64,000 nucleotides of DNA from the human T2T-CHM13v2.0 reference genome, Homo sapiens (GCF_009914755.1 NC_060936.1); one strand, 5' to 3'. Shown: positions 40,901-55,892, counted from the stretch's first letter. Notes: generated by a model from the sequence alone, not told the origin. Made by a program: numbers and translations.

Positions 40901-42631
40901 TATTTTGTGTCTTAGAGTCTGCACTTGAAAAATGAGAAAGCAACAACTCCTTCCTACAATTGTTAGGAAGATCTGGTGAAATAGTGACTTCAGAGGGAAA
41001 GGTTTTTATAAATGATAAAGTGCTCCACAGTAGTCATTGATCATTGGTATTCTTCCACAGCACTTTTAGTTGGCCCTTATGGTTCACCAAGGCTACTAAC
41101 ACTTATCTCTAAGTAATTAATGTGGTGTTTTTGTACTTTCTCATTTATATAATACTTTACATTTATTGTCTTTCCATGAGCCAGAGGCTTACCAGCATAT
41201 AACAACTTCTGTTTGCATGACAAAAGAACAAAGCAAGTACTTCTCAAAAGTCCTTTTAAGAAGTGAAAGCAAATAAAGCACTTATTGGGGGTTTACTTAG
41301 CAAAGCTTCTAGTTGCATTTCGACAGTTTAGGTGCTGGCTCAGGGTGTCTATACATGGGTGAGAGTGACGGCTGAAATCCTACCTTTAATCTGCCTTTAT
41401 CTGCCCACGGGGTATCTTTTTTTTCTCTAATTCACCTGCCTAAAATGAACTCCTTTTGATTTCCCACCAAAGCTCCCTTCACAAGGCCTTGTGCCAGTAC
41501 TGAAAGTGATACTACTACTGCTCATAAAAGCAACTTATGGCTCTATTAAAAAGAAAAAAGATGAATATTTTAGGTAAGTCTAGACCAAATTAGGGTATTA
41601 TGTTATTATTAAAATAAATTAAAATTTAATTCTGAGACAACAGGGTCTCAGCATTCTTCATTTACTTGAATTAGAAAAAAAAATCTGTAAAAGCTTATAA
41701 GATGATCTGAAAAGCTATGTTCTCTGAAACTGGGCAATACAAGAGCAGAGGGTTTGTTGCCAGTAAAGTTAGTGATTAATGTCAGAGAAAACGGTCTTTG
41801 CCTATATGAAAAGAGATTTCATTTACATAGAAGGAAATCTGCAAGTTAAAGATTTAAAAATACAAAACCCATGTTTAAAAAAAACCTTGCAATACCCATG
41901 TGCCTGTTCTGAGTAAGGCTTTCCTGGAGCCAGGAGGCCATATTTAAATTTCAGTTCTTCAGAAATAGCTGTAATTTTGTGAAAACAACCTCTTCTATTT
42001 ATTAATACTACCTTTATTTATACTGCATGTGTTTTTCCTGGATGATTACTCAAATTTTTTGAAGCGACTCAGTGAATGAATGCATAAGAAAATATTTATT
42101 GCTGATCACATGCACTCACTTCAGGGAATTTGCATTTCATAGAAGCATGTGTTCCAGATGTGTTTTATAAATTGCTTCTCTTAGAAATATTGGTAGGGAA
42201 ACAAATCTCAGACCCTTAAGTCACCACCTCAGGACTCCACGTCGTGACTGAGGGCGATGGTACTGGTCTTAGGAGGCAGAAGCTCTTTTGAATTCTGCGT
42301 AAGTTCTAGCCTCAGACACAAAGGAGAGCCAAAGGTGGTCAGATGTGAGTAAGTGAGTGGGCAAGACGTGTTCTGAGGATCCAAAATTCTGGGTCAAAGC
42401 ATAGCATGGCATCTTCCACAAACTATTTCTTAAAAAGTAATGAAAAAAAAATATGGCATGGACAAACTTAGAATACATTGCTATGTATTACCATGAAGAA
42501 AACAAAGGCTGATCAAAATTATTTACAATTTCCTAATGCTCCCTCACTTGAAATCCATGGCCGTTCACATCCTCTGGTTGGCACTGGTTCCCTTGCTAAG
42601 TAGACCCCAAATGAAAGGCCCAATTTATATC

Positions 42632-42674
42632 AAAAGTAATAGCAAAAACCACAATTATTTTTGCACCAACCTAA
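42632..42674. mobile_element. Half MADE1
   Basis: aaaagtaatagcaaaaaccacaattatttttgcaccaacctaa, a single arm only. Confidence 0.8.
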
Positions 42675-43284
42675 TCTAATACAAAATGAAGTAGGCATGT
42701 ATAAGGCCCTCCAGTTCAGAAGGACTGCTTCTGTCCCAAAGGCCATAATTAACCTAAACTACTAATAGCCATTTTTATTAGTTTCTAAAATAGAACAAGT
42801 TAGACTTAATTTTTGATTTTTTTTTCACAACATGGTTTGGTTTAGTGTTAGATTGAAAGGTAGAGTTAAATGGACATGATGCATTGTTTTGGAGTAATCT
42901 TTATTTTTGTAACCAGTTTTTACTGAGGGAGCCACAGAATGACTGTGTGGTTTAAGATTGCATATGAAGCACAATGTGTCCATGAAAAAAATGTTATAGA
43001 AATGTTCTTTCTTTGCCATTTTATTCAATTTCTCCAAAAGCAGGCACTTCACTGAGGTAAGAGGGTTCACTTACTCATACTTCTCTCTTTAAAGTCTCCT
43101 GTGTTATATTTTTCAAAGTATATCTGTGGCAAATTACCTTCCATTCCTGCACAACATCTAGAATTTCTGCCACCTCCTCACTTTCTAATCCAGCCCTTAG
43201 ATCTGAGACTTTGATTCAATCCTTTCCATTTGGATACAGAGAGACAGTGCGGTGTTGGGGAAGAAGTGTTTGTCTTTGCAGTCT

Positions 43285-43762
43285 TTATTAGTTTTCTATT
43301 CCCCCATAAATTTAGTACCTTGAAACAACACAAATTTATTATCTTACAGCCCTAGAGGTCAGAAATCTGTCACTGGTCTAAAATGAAGGTGTGGGCAGGG
43401 CTGCATTCCTTTCTGGAGACTAAAGTGGAATCTGTCTTCTTGCCTTTTCCAGCTTCTATAGGCTATCCACATTCTGTGGCTCATAGCCCTCGTACTTCTT
43501 CAAAGCCAGTGACAGCTGATGTCATCTTTCTCACTGCACATTGCTGTGACACTGATTCTTGTGCCCCTTTCTTCTACACTAAAGAACCCTTGTGATTACA
43601 TTGAGTCCACCTAGATATGCTTCCTGTTTTGAGGTCAGCTAATTAGCAACCTTAATTTCATCTGCTACCTTATTTCCTCTTTTCTATGTATGTAATATAT
43701 TCACAGTTTCCAGGGATTAGAGCATAGGCATCTTTAGGGAGACCATTTGTGTGCCTACCACA
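43285..43762 (-). mobile_element. MLT1 (C/D-like) solo LTR
   Basis: aaacaacacaaatttattatcttacag...gaggtcagaaatc ... tgcctaccaca terminus. Confidence 0.85.
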
Positions 43763-44221
43763 GAGTCTGATCCAGATTTGAATCCTTATTTATCTGATAC
43801 TTGGATAAATCACATTATCTATTGAAGACATAGTTTTCTGATTAGAAAAATTAGAACATTCGTGCCTTGTAGTAATAGTAACTACCACATATTAAATGTG
43901 TTCCTGGCATTGTGCACAGTTAGAAGGAATTCAAGTATTTCAAGTATATATGCACTGAGAGTGCTTCTCTATTTATTTCATCATATTTCCCTCCCTCTTT
44001 ATCTCAGAGCTGGAGGAGGCAGTGATCATTGGTAAATGTGTTTGTCCTCTACAGATTTCAAACATTTCTTGAGTGGGCTATTCTAACACCTAAAGTGGGA
44101 ATAGGAATGGATATGACAAACAGACAGTATTATCAAATCCAACTGGTCATTCACCTAAGCCACATCTTCCAGTCTAGGTTTTATTGACAATAAATCTGAC
44201 ATATATGTTCCATCACTTTAT

Positions 44222-45900
44222 TTTCTTTTTTTTATTATTATACTTTAAGTTCTGGGTACATGTTCAGAATGTGTAGGTTTGTTACATAGGCATACATGTG
44301 CCATGGTGGTTTGCCGCACCCATCAACCTGTCATCTACATTAGGTATTTCTCCTAATACGACCTCTCCCCTAGATCCCCACCTGCCAACAGGCCCTGGTG
44401 TGTGATGTTCCCCTCCCCATATCCATGTGTTCTCATTGTTCAACTTCCACTTATGAGTGGAAACATGCAGTGTTTGGTTTTCTGTTCCTGTGTTAGTTTG
44501 CTGAGAATGATGGTTTCCAGCTTCATCCATGTCCCTGCAAAGGACATGAACTCATCCTTTTTATGGCTGCATAGTATTCCATAGTGTATATGTGCCACAT
44601 TTTCTTTATCGAGTCTATTATTGATGGGCATTTGGGTTGGTTCCAAGTCGTTGCTATTGTGAATAGTACTGCCATAAACATACATGTTCATGTGTCTTTA
44701 TAGTAGAATGATTTATAATCCTTTGAGTATATACCCAGTAATGGGATTGCTGGGTCAAATGGTATTTCTGGTTCTAGATCCTTGAGGAATTGCCACACTG
44801 TCTTCCACAATGGTTGAACTAATTTACACTCCCACCAACAGTGTAAGAGCATTCCTATTTCTCCACATCCTCTGCAGCATCTGTTGTTTCCTAACTTTTT
44901 AATGATCACCACTCTAACTGGCATGAGATGGTATCTCATTGTGGTTTTGATTTGCTTTTTTTTCTACTGATGAGTGATGATGAGATTTTTTTCATATGTT
45001 TGTTAGCTGCATAAGTGTCTTCTTTTGAGAAATGTCTGTTCATATCCTTTGCCCACTTTTTGATGGGGCTGTTTTTTTTTCTTGTAAATTTGTGTAAGTT
45101 CTTTGTAGATTCTGGATATTAGTCCTTTTTCAGCTGGTAGATTGCAAAAATTTTCTCCCATTCTGTAGGTTGCCTGTTCACTCTGATGATAGTTTCCTTT
45201 GCTGTGCAGAAGCTCTTTAGTTTAATTAGATCCCATCTGTCTATTTTGACTTTTGTTGCCATTGCTTTTGGTGTTTTAGTCATGAAGTCTTTGCCCATGC
45301 CTATGTCCTGAATGGTATTCCCTAGATTTTCTTCTAGGATTTTTATGGTTTTAGGTCTTACATTTAAATCTTTAATCCATCTTCAGTTAATTTTCGTATA
45401 AGGTGTAAGGAAGGGGTCCAGTTTCAGTTTTCTGCATATGGCTAGCCAGTTTTCTCAACATAATTTATTAAATAGGGAATCCTTTCCCCATTGCTTATTT
45501 TTGTCAGGTTTGTCAAAGACCAGATGGTTGTAGACATGTGTTGCTATTTCTGAGGCCCCTGTTCTGTTCCATTGCTCTATTTATCTGTTTTGGTACCAGC
45601 ACCATGCTGTTTTGGTTACTGTAGCCTTGTAGTATAGTTTGAAGTCAGGTAGTGTGATGCCTTCAGCTTTGTTCTTTTTGCTTAGAATTATCTTGGCTAT
45701 GTGGGCTCTTTTTAAAGAGTTTTGAAGTCGTTTTTTTTCAACTCTGTGAAGAAAGTCAGTGGTAGCTTGATGAAGATAGCATTTAATCTATAAATGACTT
45801 TGGGCAGTATGGCCATTTTCATGATATTTATTCTTCCTATCCATGAGCATGGAATGTTTTCCCATTTATTTATGACGTCTCTTATTTCCTTGAGCAGTGG
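44222..45900 (-). mobile_element. L1PA (about PA7-8) 1.7-kb 3' fragment
   Basis: Poly(T)+attatactttaagttctggg; ORF2 C-terminal remnants [10 protein letters not shown]...[16 protein letters not shown]. Confidence 0.95.
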
Positions 45901-47576
45901 TCTATATTCAAGATGAGTTGAATTTGTGATCTCCTAAAACTTTAACACTCCTTCTGTACAGAAATTCTGGATTCACTCTCTAGTCTCCAGCTGGAACTCA
46001 AATACAAGCCTGAGACCAAAGGCTTTATTCTTAACTGTTAATAATCTTCACCTTAATGCTAAAATTATCTTAAGGTGTAAATCATGTTATAAGCCAGTGT
46101 CTCACAAATACTAAATGTTCTGTAACTGTGAATTCCTTCACACTGCCCTATGAATGAGGGGAAAATCAAATAAACTAGAGATTTTAACCAATTATACAAG
46201 GTAATTGTTAAATTAATTAGCTTCCAATGTATAGGGCAAAATAATGTTTAGTTTAATAGGTGATTTGTTTGTTCATTTTATCATTGGTTCCTTCCTTCAT
46301 ATGTATATTAATTTTTATTTTTGAGAAAATATGAGGTAAAATGGATAAGACTGAATTTGATTTTGAGCATGGTGTTCATGTTTTAAAATGAACAACATAG
46401 AATGTAATTCAACTGTGCCCTGTATCTCTCAAAACTCGTGTTTCCTTCTTTTTTCCCCTGATACAGAATAACACAATCAAAAGAGATGAAACTGCCTGAA
46501 ATCTATAATAAAAAATTTTTAGTACCCCAACTTGGTAGTCATGATTTTTACTGTATTGTTCCCAATACAAATTCATCCTTATATCTTATAACAATAACAT
46601 ATTTTGACAAGACCCTAACAGACAACATCTAATTATTACACTCCCTATGGTAATAAGTGGGCAAGGTTAAAATAAAATTGTATCAGTTTTTAAAAAATAT
46701 TTTTTAGTGGACAAGATAAATCTCCAGTATTATTAGACTTTCTTGGAAAAGCTAGCTACTAACACTTAGGAACTAATGATACATTTTCTCTCTTGAAGCT
46801 GGTGGTAAATTTTACAGATCAGTAGATATTTTTCAGAACATCATATGCAGGGCGAGATCAGCCTTCTGCGGAGGGATTAATCAGCATACCTATTGGCGTT
46901 TTTGAGAAAAAACAGTGACAGATGTTGTATCATTTACCCTTTTGTTGTTGGGCAGATTTATATAGGCATTGCACTACCACGTAGCTAATGTTAAAACCAG
47001 AATTGCCACATGCAGAAATATACACTGTTAGTTTAAGAAGTGTGAATACCTGCTGTATCATCTTATGCTGTAATAGCTAAGTATAATGTGGAAATTTTAC
47101 CCTTTTGGAAAAATAACTTGAAAAGCCAGTCCTGGTTTGATTTTCTCAAATGAAATTTTTCTAGGCTCTTTCATACATAGGTTCCTTTGATATTTGCTCA
47201 AGGGTACTATCATTTTTGATGTAGGATTGTGTACTGATGAAGGGTTTAGGCTCTGAAGTCAGAAAATCTGAGCTTGAGTCTTAGTTGCATCCATACTAGA
47301 TGCAAAGTCTTGGGGAAGTCATTCAACTTCTGTAAAATTCAGAATATTTACTGTAAGTAATGTGTATCAACCTCAGACAGTTTCCATAAATTTTGTGTGA
47401 GAAAAGTCATTTTAATTTCTTAACATAATATGTGGCATATGGTAATACTTATTAGCTATTATTATTACATCTTATTTGTTGGGATTTGAACAGAAACTGC
47501 ACATTCAAAGTATTGAATTTAAAGGATTAATAAAGAGACTATAAGTTTGTGGCCAAACGATAAAGAAACCAGGTTA

Positions 47577-47735
47577 GCTGGGCATGGTGGAGTGTGCCTG
47601 TAGTCCAAGCTATTTGGGAGGCTGAGAAGGGAGGATTGCTTAAGCCTTGGAATTGGAGGCTGCAGTGAGCTATGATTGTGCTGCTACACTCCAGACTGGG
47701 CAACAGAACAAGACTTCATCTGTGGAAAAACAAAA
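47577..47735 (+). mobile_element. Alu monomer (FRAM/FAM or AluJ right arm)
   Basis: Single right-arm-like unit with A-rich tail. Confidence 0.85.
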
Positions 47736-49839
47736 CAAGAGGAAGTTGTTGATCATCCAGGAACCTGCAACAGTGGCAAACAAAGACCATCTCTGCAGGG
47801 GAAAAGGGAAGGGACAAGGGTTATCAGAATCCAGGGAAAGCTGTAATCTTAGAGGCAGGTGGTGTCACTGAGTAAGTGCTGGTAACAATGGAGTAAGTGC
47901 TGGTAACAAAGCTTGATATAATTTGAATCACAGTTGCTGGGAAGAGGAGGTTGAGGCCAATAAATTCCCCCTCTGGCCCTGTTACTTCTTCACAGTGCAT
48001 CCCATTTTTTAGACCCAATGGAAGCCAGAGACTAAGAAAGCACCCTGACAAAATCCAGAGAGGTCAGCCCTCAGGGCAGAGGACAACACAGATATTAGAA
48101 TGAAATGATTAGTAGGAGCAAGGAGAGAATAGCCAGCGTGGTTTTGGATTTAGCAGTTTTCTCTTGGTCTCACATCTTCCCATGCATGGATTGGGACAAT
48201 CTGGGCCTGCTTGCCAAGCAAGCCCTTGCTCTATCCTGTCCAGGATGCAGCTGTGACCTCCACTCAGCCTCATTACTTGGGACACCAGGACTCTCTCTTA
48301 ACCACATGGAATTATTCTTTGAAGTGAGGGGCCTTAGGGTCACAAGTCTACGCAGCTTCCTTGTACTGAAAATCTTCTCAGCCTGGCCTGACAGTGGAAA
48401 ACCATTGCCAAATGTGCTTTGATGTAAAGACAAGGCATAGGCCTACTTGTGTGATTCTCTTGTGTCATTTCTGATACCAGCAACTCTGAGACCAGCATCC
48501 AAAACATCATCACATTCTCCTCTCTACAGTCTCTCCCAAAGATATATTTTTGGGAACACAAGTAGTATTTAATCTCTTTTTGGGGGTCTTTAATAGAAAA
48601 CTCTGAATATAATAGGAAACATTTATGAAATATAAAATATTTGTCAATAGTTTCTCTCTGTATCAGTAAATTTTATTTACAATCTCCTTCTATGTGAAAT
48701 GGTTGGTACATTTAAATTGTTTCATCCACCTAAAAATTTCAGATGGAACAAGATAGTGTCATGGTATGTGATTAAACAGAAAACACATTTTCATAACATC
48801 TCTTCTTCATTGCTTTAGAGGCAGCTAAGTATAATTTGACGCAGAAGATTGAAGTAGATTTTTAAGTCAACTATTCGCTAGTTCAGAGAGTGCATTTCAC
48901 TTCTTTGAGTGGTCATGCTTTCACTGGTAACATCATAATACTAATACTTACCTTGATCTAGAGATAAAATTGCATAACATATAATACTTTTTATGTAAAA
49001 TTTATTTGGTATGCTCGTTCTATTTTTTCTCTCTTTCTCTTTCTCTCTTTTTCTTTCCTTCTTTTTCTGGCAACATGAACCCTGCCATCTTTTATCTCAA
49101 GGAAGACCTGGAGTTTTGGTCATGAGTTATCTGTTGAATAGCTTTGAGGCTTTGAAGAAGATGCATACTACTAGAAGATATATTTTTTTAAAGCATATTG
49201 AATAAAATACATTTTCCTTTCGTTTCTAACTGTGAAATTTACTTAACTATGGTATGCATACTAATTCCTTTTTGAGATATGCTTTTTACAGCTCCTTGCT
49301 AAGTCAGTAAAGAATGTTATTATTTCAAATAATTTGACTGATTACAGTAAATGACGTTATGCTGTTAGTATAACTTTAATATTTTACCCTCATCATAGAA
49401 GAAAACTGATATAATATACCAGGTGGAAATCTACTTACTTCTTGGGCTTCAGGAATGCAAATAAAATAGCTATGTAATAATAAGGTCCAGCTGCACTTTG
49501 GGGTTTAGCAGAGGCCCCAGTTGGGATATGACATCTGAAAGATTTTTCACAGCATATTTTTCCAGCTGAAATTTGTCATGTCCAGATACAGGATCTGCCA
49601 AATTACAAAACTTTACACAGATGCTAGATTTTGAAAAGAAGAGATTTATACAAGTTATGAATTCTTCAGTAAATGCCACTCCCTAACCCCCTCCAAGAAA
49701 GCAGTCCAGCAACTGAAAGAAGTATTGTTCAATGAACATACAAAATAAGCAGATTATACCTTGCTCTAAGAATTCGTCTTTATTTTTCATATGAAACATA
49801 CCAAAAGCTCCTGATAGAAGGTATTGCATATATGAGTGC

Positions 49840-49872
<33 letters not shown>

Positions 49873-49910
49873 TATATATACACACATGCGTGCATGCATG
49901 TGTTTGTGTG
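49840..49910. repeat. (TA)n/(CA)n/(TG)n alternating purine-pyrimidine tract
   Basis: Direct reading. Confidence 0.9.
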
Positions 49911-50292
49911 CCTATTTTCAAAATATGGATGATATTAAAAAGACCAAAAACATTTAGGAAATGCCCATTTATATTTTCACCATTGTTCAACAAACCTTAT
50001 GCTTGGTGATTCTACATCATTGACTCTTTCATACCACCAGATCAGTCAATTGGTGTAGTGAAAAGTGACAAACTGAGTCATGTGAACTTAGTTAAATCTA
50101 CATTCTTCCACTTGCTTGCTTTGTGGCCATGGAGACCATCACTCAGCTGTATGGAGTTAAGCTTTTAAAATGAAACAAGATATATAGAGAATCTTTAAGA
50201 ACACTTTAAATTCCGAAATGTGTTGGGACTTATTATTCTAATTTTAGAATTCAATTACTCTTGGCTTACATTAACAAAAAAAAAGTCTCTAA

Positions 50293-50616
<324 letters not shown>

Positions 50617-50626
50617 TGGACTTCAT

Positions 50627-51562
50627 ATTTTTAAAAATTTACTTTAGATTCAGGAGGTACATGTACTTGTTTGTTACATGGATATTACATGCATAATGGT
50701 GGGAATTGGGCTTCTAGTGTATCCACCACCCAAATATTGAACACTGTACCCAATAGACAATTTTTCAACAATCAACCCTCCTCCAACCCTTCTCCATTTT
50801 GGAGTCCCCAGGTTCTATTATCTCAACCTTTATGTCCATGCATACTCATTGTTTAGATCTCACTTATAGGTAAGACCATGCAGTATTTTATCTTCTTCTT
50901 CTGAGTTAGTTTACTTAGGATAATGGTCTGCAGTTACATCCTACAAAGGACATGATTTCATTCTTTTTTATGGCTGCATAGTATTCCACAGCATAAATAT
51001 TACCACATTTTCTTTAAGCAGCCACTGGTGGACACTTAGGGTGGTTCCATGACTTTACTACTGTGAATAGTGCTTTTTATAAACATACGAGTGCAAGTAC
51101 CTTTTTAGTATAATGATTTCTTTTCCTTTGGGTAAATATCAAGTAGTGAATTGTTGGGTTAAATAGTAGTTCTATTTTTAGTTATTTGAGATATCTCCTT
51201 ACTGTTTTTCATAGTGGTTGAACTAATTTACATGCCTACCAACAGTTTATAAGCGTTCTCTTTTCTCCACATCCACGCCAACATCTTTTGTTATTTGCCT
51301 TTTTAATAATAGTCATTCTGACTGGCATAAGATCATATCTCAGTGTGGTTTTAATTTGCATGTATCTGATGATTATTGGTGTTGAGCATTTTTCGTGTGT
51401 TTGCTGGCTGCTTGTATTTGTTCTTTTGAGAAATGCCTGTTCATGTCCTGTGCCCAGTTTTTAATGTTTTTTTATTGTTGATTTGTTTGCATACCTTGTA
51501 GTTTCTGGATATTAGTTCTTTGTCAGAGTTAACAGACAACCTACAGAATGGGAGACAATATT
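50627..51562 (-). mobile_element. L1PB 3' fragment with short 5' inversion
   Basis: Antisense L1PB 3' end (gtttgttacatggatattacatgcataatggtggg); last about 38 bp (agagttaacagacaacctacagaatgggagacaatattt) are in L1 sense orientation. Confidence 0.85.
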
Positions 51563-51574
51563 TGGACATCTTTT

Positions 51575-52285
51575 TTTTAGCGAAGTCATAGATCACAGAA
51601 AAATTGTGTATAGAGTACAGAAAATATATTCTGTACATATTACTATATATTCTCTTCCCACATAGTTTCTCCTGTTATTAACAAGGGGCTTGATGAATGC
51701 ATAACACCATGCATCCACCATTACAGTATCATACATAATAGTTTGAACATCTTAAAAATGCCCCGTGCATAGGTAAAACTATCTCCACTTACTCATTCCT
51801 GTTTCCCTCTCCCTGAATCTTTGGACACCACTGATCTTTTTACCATCTCTGTAGTTTTTTGTCTATCACAGAGTGCCATATGGTTGGAATCATTTGGAAT
51901 ATAGCCTTTACAGACTGGTTTCTTTCTCTTAGCAATATACATTTAAGGCTCTTCCATTTCTTTTTGTGGCTGATAGCTCATTTCTTTTTATTGTTGAATG
52001 ATATTCAGTTGTATGGATATATGATATTTTGTGTAACCATTATCCTACTGAAGGACATTTGGTTGCTTCCAATATTTAGCAATTATGAATAAAACTGATT
52101 TACAAATTATAGGCAGGTTTTTGTGTAGACAAAAATTTAACTCATTTGGGTAAGTACATAGAAGAATGATTGCTGGATTGCATGTGAAGCTTGTGCTTCA
52201 TTTTGTAAGAGACTGTCAAACTGTCTTGGGAAGTTGACATATCCTTCTGTATTTCCACCAGCAATGAATGCAAATTTCTGTAAAC
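51575..52285 (-). mobile_element. L1MC/ME 3' fragment
   Basis: ccactgatctttttaccatctctgtagtttt...tagcctttacagactggtttctttctcttagcaata. Confidence 0.75.
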
Positions 52286-52929
52286 ACATCTTCATTTTAA
52301 GAAATACAATCTAAATAAAGTCATTCAAAATAGCTTCTGAGTATGATAGTTTAATAAACATCAATTAAATTATACTTACTTCATGTTACAGAAATTCTTG
52401 TTTATACAAGTAAAAGGCATTTGATATACGTCTCCTTGTATTGTTTTGCAGTCTTCACCATCCATTAAAATAAATATCTAAGACATTCCATTTACATGTG
52501 TATGTTTTTGCATAAGATCCTTTAAGAATACTTAGCTAAATTTGATAATGCTTAATCCATTTCATGTATATTTATATTACTATAAATTATGTATATGATT
52601 GGTGAGTCTCTGAATTTCTATACTTTTGAGATAATCATAAATCATGTTGTTATTATTTAATCTCTGTACTTGGCCTATACTTGGTATGAATATTTTCTCA
52701 TGATCAGATATGTCTTAGAGAGATTCAAGAATTATAGCACTTAGGATTCCATTTAGTAAGAAATTGAATTTTTTTTAGCATAAAACCCTTTTACAATATA
52801 GCCCATGATCTCCTCTGTATCTTCATTTATTTCCACCCATCCTCATACTAAATGCTCCAGATAAAAAGAACTACTTAATAATCTCCACTTACAGTATATT
52901 TGCTTTAGTCTCTAAGTTCTAGAGGCCAG

Positions 52930-53150
52930 AAGTATACAGTGGATTTGAATCTGGGTCCTGCAGTCAAAGAGCTTGTTTTGAGTTCCCTGATTCGTAACTT
53001 TGATATTTGAAATTGGGTAAGTTATTTCACTTTTATCAGCCTCAATTTCCCCATTTATAAGAAGTAGTTCATAAAATTGTTGTAGAGATTAAATGACACA
53101 GTATCTGCAAATACTTCAGCACAGCAAAGACGTAAACACAATACATATTG
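52930..53150. mobile_element. MIR
   Basis: ttgggtaagttatttcacttttatcagcctcaatttccccatttataa...ttgttgtagagattaaatga. Confidence 0.7.
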
Positions 53151-54825
53151 AGTATTATAATTATTAATAGCAGACCTGTTTCTTTTGACTGACTGCTTTT
53201 CTCTTTCTTTGCCTCAGTTATTTAAAAAAGACACCTCAAGTATTATTTCCTTCTAAGACATTTTCCTTAGAAACCCTTCATTAACAGGCTGAGTTCTTGC
53301 AAGGTGGATCCTTCTCTTTCCAATATCCTAAAACTCATTTCCCTTTTATTATTTTATTTTTAATTGTATTTTGTCTCTGCCACTAACATGTAAATTCCTT
53401 GATGTTACAGACTCTGTGTTACTCCTTTGTTATGGCTAGCACCAGGCATATAGTCAGTGTATCCCTTAGGAATCTTCAGTAAAAATAACAGAATGCTTGA
53501 CTCATTCTCAGGCTTAAATAGCAGAACTTAATGGAGCAAGTAACTGAAGACCAGAGGCACGTCAGATTTTAGGTAATATGTAACCCAATGTTGTGATGAC
53601 ATCACAAAAGACTCAATTCCTTTCCAAGTCTCCTTGGCACCTTTCTCAGTGCTCTTTCAATCTAAGGCTTCTTTCTCTTGGGGTTACAAGATGGCCGCTG
53701 TCATCTGCCAGTGGTTAAAAGACTTTGCATTCATAGTAAGCAGAAGGAGAATTTTCTTTTTTTTCTGAGGAGCTCTCTTGGGAGAATAAGAAAGTTCTTT
53801 CTCAAAAACCCTCAGAAAACATCTCCTCCCATCACGTTGGCCTGATTTGGGTCATGTTCTCATCCCTGAAGCCAGGAACATGGGTTGTGCCTATTACATT
53901 AGTTCAGTTAGAACATACCTAAAACAGAAATTATCTTCCCCACATTTATAGGAGCTCCATAGAGAAAAGAAAATACTAGAATAAAAGTAGAATTACTATT
54001 ACCGAGAAAAAGGAGGGACGAGTGTGCTAAATATAAGAACAATATCCTCTCTTTTCAAAGGCACAAAATAGGATCTGAAAATATCTTTGACCTGGATGTT
54101 ATAGAGTCTATGAAAGAGGGTGATATACTAAAGCATGATTTGTCCCATTTTTATCTTTTTGAAATGAAATTTAAATTGTGTGCATGAGGGTTAGCCTTCA
54201 ATATGTACAGTTTATGTTGTATATACTATTTGAATTTTAATATGAGCTTTATGAAAGCAGTGTCCTGCTTTATTTTGTTCACTGCTGAATCTCTAAGTCA
54301 TACAACGGTGCCTGGCACATAACAGACATGCAATAAACATTTGGTAAATGAATTGATATTTCCAATGTTTGGGATTTACTAATGGAGAGACCACGAATGC
54401 GGAAGTTGGGGTAAAAAGAAATTACATTTGTTCTGTCTTATTATTGGGATGGCCAAAGCACTGTGTTTATGAGTAATTTACATGGCACTAAAAAACAGGG
54501 ATCAAATAAAGACAATGTGTTCCAAAGAACTTGTTCAAATCATGTGAGCAGCTGCATCATAAGATGACTAATGAAGAAATTAGAAGCACTGAGGCAAGGA
54601 CTTTAGACCTGTGTGATGGCAGAGAGCAGAGTTAACCCATGCTAGACTGTTCTTAGTACAGCAATCTGAATGTTAAAACCTAATGTTCAACATAGCACTC
54701 TTCTGCACAAATACTGGCAATGGCTCCTCATTTTCATTAAAAAATAAATAAATAAATAAACATCTCAAAATTCTTAAGAGGCACATGAGGCCATCAAGAA
54801 CATTCTCCAACATCGTCACCACCAC

Positions 54826-54882
54826 TGTAACTACTACTTCTTCTTTGTCTTCTTCTTCTTCCTCTTCCTCTTCTTCTTCTTC
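54826..54882. repeat. (CTT/CCT)n trinucleotide tract
   Basis: Direct reading; explains the poly-E ORF. Confidence 0.85.
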
Positions 54883-55892
54883 ATTTTGTATTACTCGCAC
54901 ACTTATTCGCTCCTGCCTTCTCTTTGACTGAAATACTTTTCCCTTACATTGTGCAGTTGTTTCTTCAGTTACCTTTACAGAAGGTCTAACATGACCACCC
55001 AGTTTAACACTGCATCCTATCCCTCCCTTCCACCTTGATACTTAATACCCTTCACTGTATTCTACCTTTATTTCCATAGCATTTATTACCTTCTCACATA
55101 CTATAGAATTCACATTTATTTTCATTTTATTTTCATTTCATTTTGTAACTTCCCTATCAAAAAGGAAGCCCCAATCAGGTAGTAGTTATTATTTGTTCAC
55201 TTATTTGTTCTGAATGCATAGAACAGGACTTGGCCCATATAATAGTAACTTTGATATTTGAAATTGGGTAAGTTATTTCACTCTTTTAACCATTTATTCA
55301 AATCAGGAGTTCAGGCTTATCCTATAACAGTACCCAAAAAGGCAAATTTAATCTCCTTTATCTTTCCACATGCTATTAGCTTTCTAGGTCTCTTCTATGT
55401 TAGAAAACATTGCTGCCAAATAAAATGTATTTTGAACATATTTAATACTCGGATTGTTTCCCTGCATTTTAGTGAAATTCAACTGTCAAATGGAATTAAA
55501 CAATGATATAATAGGTTAATTCATAACAAATTTTGGATTTCTGAACATTTGTCCAAGTTCCAGACTTAGAAACAATTTTGGGTAGAAGCTCAAATATATG
55601 TTTAATTACTTTATTGTATGATCTGTTATGTTTGAAACTTGAGTTTTTCTAGAAAGATCCTGGTAGGGCTTGGGGATTGTATGTTTGACTCTAGAATGGC
55701 ACATGTCTTTTTCTGTATTACAGGTATCTCTAAAAACTTATGATCCTACATTTATTTTTTTAAATAGCACTAGCCAATAAATAATCCTTACTTTTATGGA
55801 ATACTAATTTATAAAAACTGTTGCCCAAATAAGAGATACAATTTCTGCTTCCTGGTTTTTTTCTGATGGAAGCCTTTCTTTCTTTCTTTAAA

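Noticed and set aside
44282-44939. ORFs with L1 ORF2 C-terminal similarity
   Set aside because: Frameshifted fragments of a truncated L1PA, not genes.
47824-48561. Cluster of overlapping 70-105 aa ORFs
   Set aside because: No recognisable protein; GC-richer, probably old LTR-derived sequence where chance ORFs are expected.
49470-49895. Two adjacent minus-strand ORFs in unique-looking sequence
   Set aside because: No recognisable homology or convincing splice structure; one begins in a microsatellite.
54673-54900. Poly-glutamate ORF
   Set aside because: Translation of a (CTT)n microsatellite.
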